Positions 15,112 to 20,089 of a stretch of 20,089 bases of DNA are shown here, in pieces. Under the pieces are notes generated by a model. It was not told the origin of the DNA and ran no database searches. It saw only the letters and a list, made by a program, of their open reading frames with translations. The first letter of the stretch is position 1; the number at the start of each line of letters is the position of its first letter. Both the position numbers and the translations under genes were made by a program. Source of the stretch: Armatimonadota bacterium (GTDB lineage: Bacteria; Armatimonadota; UBA5829; DTLH01); assembly GCA_039680575.1 (NCBI GenBank), contig JBDKSP010000032.1, positions 1 through 20,089 of the forward strand, in the 5' to 3' direction.

Positions 15112-16590
15112 TCAGTCTATAGTAAGTTCGGAAATAATCGTTGTATTGTCTCTCTGGATTACGATCAGAGCGGTGTCGCCGGATTTCAACTGGGCTACAG
15201 CTTTCTTATACTGAGCAACATTAGTTATCTGCAGGTTGTTGATCCTGGTGATGACATCGCCGACCTGGATTGCCGGCTGCGCTCTACCGGCGGGAGTACC
15301 TGCTTCTACACTCTGGACCATTACCCCGGTCGTCTTTACAGGCAGTCCTAATCTCTCGATAAGCGCAGGCGTAAGCTCCTGTACGGTAAGGCCGATCTGG
15401 GCTTTATTCTCAAGTGCAGCCGTATTCGACTCACCCGGAATCTCCGTGAGCTTTATCTGTAGTGTCTGCTGCTTACCGTCGCGCCTGATGACTACAGGGA
15501 CATTCGTACCGGGTTTGATAGACTGAACTACTCGCCGCAGGGCAATCGAGTTATCGACCTTCTTGCCGTCGAGCTCGATTATGACATCCATCGGCTTGAT
15601 GCCGACTGCTTCAGCCGGGGAACCTTTCGAAACGGATTCGACCAGCGCTCCTTTCGACACGCCGAGAGTCTTCGCGGCGGCAGGAGTGATGTCTTTGTTC
15701 CCGACTCCCAGGAAGCCGCGTACAACTTTACCGGAAGTTATCAGTTGATCGATAACAAACTTTACTGTATTACTCGGAACCGCGAACCCTATACCCGCGT
15801 TGGCTCCGGTAGGAGACTCGATCATCGAGTTGATGCCGATTATATCCCCGTCGATGTTTACAAGCGGCCCGCCTGAGTTACCCGGGTTGATAGAAGCATC
15901 CGTCTGGATAAGTTCAGGATACAGCCGCCCGCCTTCCGGTATGCTGCTGTCTGCTACGGCTGCTTCTCTCATCACGGCGCTGACGACACCGACCGTCAGG
16001 CTGTTTGTCAACTGGAAGGGGCTTCCGATAGCAATCGCCCACTGTCCTACCTTGACTTTATCGCTGTCCGCGAGCTTCGCGGCCGGAAGGTTACCAACAT
16101 CTATCTTTACAATGGCGATATCCGTGCGGGGGTCGCGTGTTACCTTGCCGATGAACTCTCTCTCGTCGTCGAGCTTGACGGTCACTCTATCGGCGCTTGC
16201 CACGACATGGTCATTGGTAACGATATAACTGACATTCTTATCGCTTCTGACGATGACTCCCGATCCGGATGATTTGGCCGAGCGCTTTTCCGTTTTCGGC
16301 TCGGAGAAAGGCGAGTCATCGCCAAACGGCCAGCCTCGGAATATATCGAATGACGGCATCGCGGTCGCTGTGATGGTCCGCTCTGCTGTGATGAAGACAA
16401 CAGCGGGCTTGATTTCTTCGGCAATCGATGTAAATGCGTTCTGGATCGAGATGAGGGCTTCACGCTCCGAGTTCACTGAAGAGTTTTGCGTGTTTGCAGC
16501 CCAGGCGCCCTGCTGTCCAATCAGCGCGGCAGCGAGCAGCAGGCTGAAAACGCAAATAAGCAAGGCGGTATTACGGTTTGTGGTTGACAT
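15112..16590 (-). CDS. degP: DegP/HtrA (Do-family) serine protease with two PDZ domains
   Basis: Signal peptide, triad motifs TNDHV, TDIA and QTDASINPGNSGGP, and two PDZ repeats; AGGAGG RBS. Confidence 0.92.
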   Translation of the reverse strand: MSTTNRNTALLICVFSLLLAAALIGQQGAWAANTQNSSVNSEREALISIQNAFTSIAEEIKPAVVFITAERTITATAMPSFDIFRGWPFGDDSPFSEPKTEKRSAKSSGSGVIVRSDKNVSYIVTNDHVVASADRVTVKLDDEREFIGKVTRDPRTDIAIVKIDVGNLPAAKLADSDKVKVGQWAIAIGSPFQLTNSLTVGVVSAVMREAAVADSSIPEGGRLYPELIQTDASINPGNSGGPLVNIDGDIIGINSMIESPTGANAGIGFAVPSNTVKFVIDQLITSGKVVRGFLGVGNKDITPAAAKTLGVSKGALVESVSKGSPAEAVGIKPMDVIIELDGKKVDNSIALRRVVQSIKPGTNVPVVIRRDGKQQTLQIKLTEIPGESNTAALENKAQIGLTVQELTPALIERLGLPVKTTGVMVQSVEAGTPAGRAQPAIQVGDVITRINNLQITNVAQYKKAVAQLKSGDTALIVIQRDNTTIISELTID

Positions 16591-16641
16591 AACTAGATTT
16601 CCTCCTAATCACGCTCAAGAGCTTATCCAGTATATTAGACG

Positions 16642-17190
16642 TTAATGAGAGCTGTAATCGAAACTTGTCAGACAAAATATTTCTGGACCACTTTGTTCTG
16701 GCTGCTGTTCGGGAATGATTCCCGTGGGCTGATCCACGCTGATCGAAGCAGGCGACACATTGTTGTTAGTAAGAAACGATGGCAATTGTATCGACGAAGC
16801 CTGCAATGCCGGATGCAGAGTCGACGAAACCAACTGGGACTGTCCGGTCGGACCGGATACAAGAAAAACAAGCACGGCACCCAGCGCCACACATCCAGCA
16901 GCAACAGGTGTAAGCCGCGCATGGGCATAAGCCCAGACTCTGTTCCAGAGTTTCATATAGCAGGGGACTGCGACTTCGTCCAGCCGTTTGGAGATCCTGT
17001 CGGCGAGCCCCGCGAGCGGTTCCGCGTACGCAAGACGCGACAAGCGCTGTTTGACATTGCGCAGCGATTCATACTGAAGCGTGCATGACTGGCATTCATC
17101 AAGGTGCCTTCTGATTTCAAGCATCTCGACTCCGGTCAGCTCGCCGTCGATGTAAGCAGATATCAGGTTAGAGACACGACGGCAGTTCAT
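16642..17190 (-). CDS. Zinc-binding (zf-HC2/ZAS) membrane anti-sigma factor
   Basis: MNC......SAYIDGEL....HLDECQSC (HxxxCxxC) and one hydrophobic helix; directly downstream of the ECF sigma gene. Confidence 0.9.
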   Translation of the reverse strand: MNCRRVSNLISAYIDGELTGVEMLEIRRHLDECQSCTLQYESLRNVKQRLSRLAYAEPLAGLADRISKRLDEVAVPCYMKLWNRVWAYAHARLTPVAAGCVALGAVLVFLVSGPTGQSQLVSSTLHPALQASSIQLPSFLTNNNVSPASISVDQPTGIIPEQQPEQSGPEIFCLTSFDYSSH

Positions 17191-17204
17191 CTTAAACCAC
17201 CTAC

Positions 17205-17786
17205 CTATTCCATCTGAGTATTATATGTTTTCAGCCGGGTTCTGAGCAATTTCCTTCCACGGTGAAGCCTCGACCTCACCGTTCCTATGGAGCAGCTCAT
17301 AGCATCCGCGATTTCTTCGTAAGAGAGTCCTTCGATGTCTGCGTATATTACCGCAAGGCGAAAGTCCGCAGGTATAGAGTTCAGAGCGGTCTGTATGCGG
17401 GAATCCATCTCCCGTGACATAACCAGTTCCTCAGGTCCGCGTGCTGTATCCGCTATCTCAAACGGCGCCGCCTCACCGTCCTCGGTTGCAATCGGCTGGT
17501 CGAGCGAACGAATATGTGCCTTTGGACGGCGTCTCAGCATGTCTATAAAGACATTGGACATTATTTTATACAGCCAGCTATCAAAAGGCAGTTCCCGCTT
17601 ATACTGAGAGAAAAAGCGGAAAGCACGGATAAACGCTTCCTGGATGAGATCTTCGGCATCGGCATGGTTTCCGGTCATCCTGTAGGCGATGTTATACGCC
17701 TGCTTGTGATACCGCTGCACGAGCTCATCAAACGCTTGCCTATCCTCTTTTTGCGCAATGCTGGCCGCCGCCTCGGTCAACTCCAC
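17205..17786 (-). CDS. ECF sigma-70 factor
   Basis: DAEDLIQEAFIRAF, WLYKI..N..ID and LSYEEIA...SIGTVRSRLHRGR. GTG 17786 has GGAGG 8 nt upstream; the ORF track start 17801 is an alternative. Confidence 0.92.
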   Translation of the reverse strand: MELTEAAASIAQKEDRQAFDELVQRYHKQAYNIAYRMTGNHADAEDLIQEAFIRAFRFFSQYKRELPFDSWLYKIMSNVFIDMLRRRPKAHIRSLDQPIATEDGEAAPFEIADTARGPEELVMSREMDSRIQTALNSIPADFRLAVIYADIEGLSYEEIADAMSCSIGTVRSRLHRGRKLLRTRLKTYNTQME

Positions 17787-17812
17787 CTTCTTGGCCTCCA
17801 CTCACTTAGAAC

Positions 17813-17839
17813 TACGCTTATCTGCTATGGAATAGTTCC
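17813..17839 (-). promoter_or_regulatory. Putative autoregulatory ECF promoter
   Basis: GGAACT(17839..17834)-N17-CGTA(17816..17813). Confidence 0.6.
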
Positions 17840-17856
17840 TGATATTTCTAAGAACA

Positions 17857-17885
17857 ATTATAGCTCAAATCGTTGATAACATCAA
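17857..17885 (-). promoter_or_regulatory. Sigma70 promoter of the ECF operon
   Basis: TTGATG(17885..17880)-N17-TATAAT(17862..17857). Confidence 0.6.
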
Positions 17886-17974
17886 GTCGTCGCCAAGTAG
17901 CAGATATGTCGGCTATGTGAAAGCTCGCCATGAGAGCTAAGTAACATCCTATCTTAATAGCAGGCCAGCTTGAT

Positions 17975-18083
17975 GTAGTGGCCGGTCTCCGTGCCGGCCA
18001 TCTACCCCGTGGACCCACCGGACCACGGGGAGTTCTGCAAGAGCCGGACTCTACCCATGGCTGCTACTAGAAACGGAGACTAC
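17975..18083. repeat. Third REP-like cluster (GTAG-headed palindrome plus CCCCGTGG hairpin)
   Basis: GTAG-TGGCCGG..CCGGCCA(17975-18000); ACCCCGTGG..CCACGGGG(18004-18030), which recurs at 11442-11468; ACGGAGACTAC(18073-18083). Confidence 0.65.
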
Positions 18084-19001
18084 TTAGAGATAATGCTTTT
18101 TGAGCTCAGACATGTATCTTGTCCCGATCCAGTCTGAGTTATCCTCCAGCCACTCTGAGAGTTTTGTCCAGCCGGTCGGCGGCTGGCTTGATACCAGGAG
18201 GTTCATATGAAGCCCGTCCACTTCGTCTCGCGTGAGTACCACATCGCCCAAAAACTTGCCCACGATCCTCGACATAAAGAGCGCAACATAGGGCGGAAGG
18301 TGAATCAACCTCGCGCTCCGGCCTGTTTTGTTCGCGATCAGCCGCACGAGGTCGATAAACGTATAAATTTCCGGGCCGACTGCGTCGAAGACGACGTTTT
18401 CTCCAGGCTCGATGTTTCTTACTACAAGCTCAGCCAGATCCTCGACATAAATCGGCTGGATTTGATACTCGCCGGAGCCAGGCACAGTAAAAATTGGAAA
18501 GTGGCGCAGCATCCAAGCGATATTGTTGATGAGTATTCCTTCGTCCCCGAAGAGCACGTTCGGCCTGAGTATCGCGTAGGAGAGCCCTGACTCAGTTATC
18601 GCCTTTTCGACGCGGGCTTTTCCGCTGTAATACGGCAGCGGCGAGATTTTCGATGGGTTCGTGATGCTGACATGGACTATTCTTTCGACTCCGGCATCTT
18701 TTGCTGCATTTATCAGCCGTTTGCTGTTCTCGACGGCCTTGTCGAAGGTCATATCGCCGTAGCTGAATCGAATCCAGTAGGTATTGACGAGGGTTGTTAC
18801 GCCTTTCAGGCTTTCGGTAAGCTCGGCTGGCTTGCTAAAGTCGAGCGGATAGGCTGCTATCCGGTTTCCGAACTCGCTGTCCGTCCTGGGGTGCCCGGTA
18901 AGTGTTATGACGCGCTTATCCATCGCAAGAAGACGCCTTGCAATGTGCCTCCCGCTGTAACCGAACGCTCCCGTAATTGCTATAAGCTCGGAGTCAGGCA
19001 T
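18084..19001 (-). CDS. NAD(P)-binding epimerase/dehydratase (atypical SDR, NDUFA9-like)
   Basis: AITGAFGYSG, YYSGK, ILRP and QPIYVEDLA; AGGAGG RBS overlaps the cysK stop. Confidence 0.85.
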   Translation of the reverse strand: MPDSELIAITGAFGYSGRHIARRLLAMDKRVITLTGHPRTDSEFGNRIAAYPLDFSKPAELTESLKGVTTLVNTYWIRFSYGDMTFDKAVENSKRLINAAKDAGVERIVHVSITNPSKISPLPYYSGKARVEKAITESGLSYAILRPNVLFGDEGILINNIAWMLRHFPIFTVPGSGEYQIQPIYVEDLAELVVRNIEPGENVVFDAVGPEIYTFIDLVRLIANKTGRSARLIHLPPYVALFMSRIVGKFLGDVVLTRDEVDGLHMNLLVSSQPPTGWTKLSEWLEDNSDWIGTRYMSELKKHYL

Positions 19002-19010
19002 AGTAACCTC

Positions 19011-19937
19011 CTATAAATTCTCGAAGAGCGGTGTGCTCAAATATCTCTCCCCTGTATCCGGCAGGATGACGACGATCAGCTTGCCGGCGTTTTCCTCCCG
19101 CTTTCCGATCTCGACTGCGGCGTGTACTGCGGCTCCCGCGGAGATTCCGGCAAGGATTCCTTCTTCTTTTGCAAGCCTTCTCCCCATCACGAGCGCCTGA
19201 TCGTCCGTTACCTGGAATATCTCGTCAAGGAGTTCGGCCTTAAGGACCTTCGGGACGAAACCCGCACCTATGCCCTGTAGTCCATGCTGGCCGGGCTGTC
19301 CTCCTGAAAGTACCGGCGACCCCTGAGGCTCTACCGCAATGATCTTAACAGAAGGATTTTTCTCTTTCAATGCTTCTGCTATGCCCGTGATTGTCCCTCC
19401 CGTGCCGACTCCGCCGATCACCATGTCGACTTTTCCATCCGTATCTCGCCAAATCTCTTCGGCTGTTGTCTCCCGGTGGATTTTCGGGTTAGCCGGGTTC
19501 TCGAACTGCTGCGGGATGATCGAGTTCGGAATCTCTGCGGCAAGTTCTTCGGCTTTTTTGATCGCGCCCATCATTCCTTCTGTTCCGGGGGTAAGCACAA
19601 CCTCGGCTCCGTAGGCCTTGAGGAGTTTTCGCCGCTCGATGCTCATCGTTTCCGGCATAGTGAGGATCATTTTATAGCCGAGCGCGGCCGCTACCAGCGC
19701 AAGCCCTATTCCGGTGTTGCCGCTAGTCGGCTCTATGATAGTTCCGCCGGGCTTCAGCCTACCGCTTTCGACGGCATCCATTATCATACTGGCGCCGATC
19801 CGGTCTTTTACGCTTCCTCCAGGGTTGAACGACTCCAGTTTGGCTGCGATTTCCGCCTCTGAGCCTTCTACGACCTTGTTCAGCCGCACCAAAGGAGTGT
19901 TTCCGATAAGTTCAATTATATTATTTGCGATCTTCAT
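19011..19937 (-). CDS. cysK: Cysteine synthase A (O-acetylserine sulfhydrylase)
   Basis: [16 protein letters not shown] (PLP Lys), [23 protein letters not shown] and [10 protein letters not shown]. Confidence 0.96.
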   Translation of the reverse strand: MKIANNIIELIGNTPLVRLNKVVEGSEAEIAAKLESFNPGGSVKDRIGASMIMDAVESGRLKPGGTIIEPTSGNTGIGLALVAAALGYKMILTMPETMSIERRKLLKAYGAEVVLTPGTEGMMGAIKKAEELAAEIPNSIIPQQFENPANPKIHRETTAEEIWRDTDGKVDMVIGGVGTGGTITGIAEALKEKNPSVKIIAVEPQGSPVLSGGQPGQHGLQGIGAGFVPKVLKAELLDEIFQVTDDQALVMGRRLAKEEGILAGISAGAAVHAAVEIGKREENAGKLIVVILPDTGERYLSTPLFENL

Positions 19938-20089
19938 TATGCGATCCTTTCAGATATTCTATAGAGTTTCAGGAGATAAAGTAACAGCCTTACAGTTATA
20001 TAAACAGTTCTCTGATATAGCTTTATCTGTTGATTTTACACTTACACCTGAAACTCTTCCGGAAGATTTTCGGCAACAGACAATATATG

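Noticed and set aside
1..20089. tRNA, rRNA, prophage or defence-system genes
   Set aside because: No cloverleaf, rRNA-like, phage or nuclease/defence motifs were recognised.

Overview
Bacterial chromosomal window of moderate GC. It holds mostly minus-strand metabolic and housekeeping genes separated by repeat-rich spacers and IS scars. Left to right: a 5'-truncated hypothetical CDS; a hexuronate operon (SDR, Zn-dependent dehydrogenase, uronate isomerase); a secreted-protein gene cut off by a chimeric IS91/IS66 remnant; a phosphodiester glycosidase (NAGPA-like) gene; a small zinc-ribbon gene with a promoter and a ~130-nt predicted three-way-junction 5' leader; an AhbD-like radical SAM gene; a palindrome-rich spacer; a split ArgZ/AgrE-like pair (TIGR00300-type ornithine cyclodeaminase plus arginine dihydrolase-like amidinotransferase); a sugar isomerase TIM barrel; an IS66 left-end fragment cut by nested palindromes; a GH78 rhamnosidase-like protein with altered active-site motifs and a ~290-aa Arg/Glu charge-blocked disordered tail; an ECF sigma, anti-sigma and DegP operon; an NAD(P)-binding epimerase; and cysK. 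The best leads for undescribed biology are the GH78-tail fusion, the zinc-ribbon leader RNA, the modular and nested intergenic palindromes, and the split ArgZ. All family calls come from recognising motifs by eye; no searches were run.
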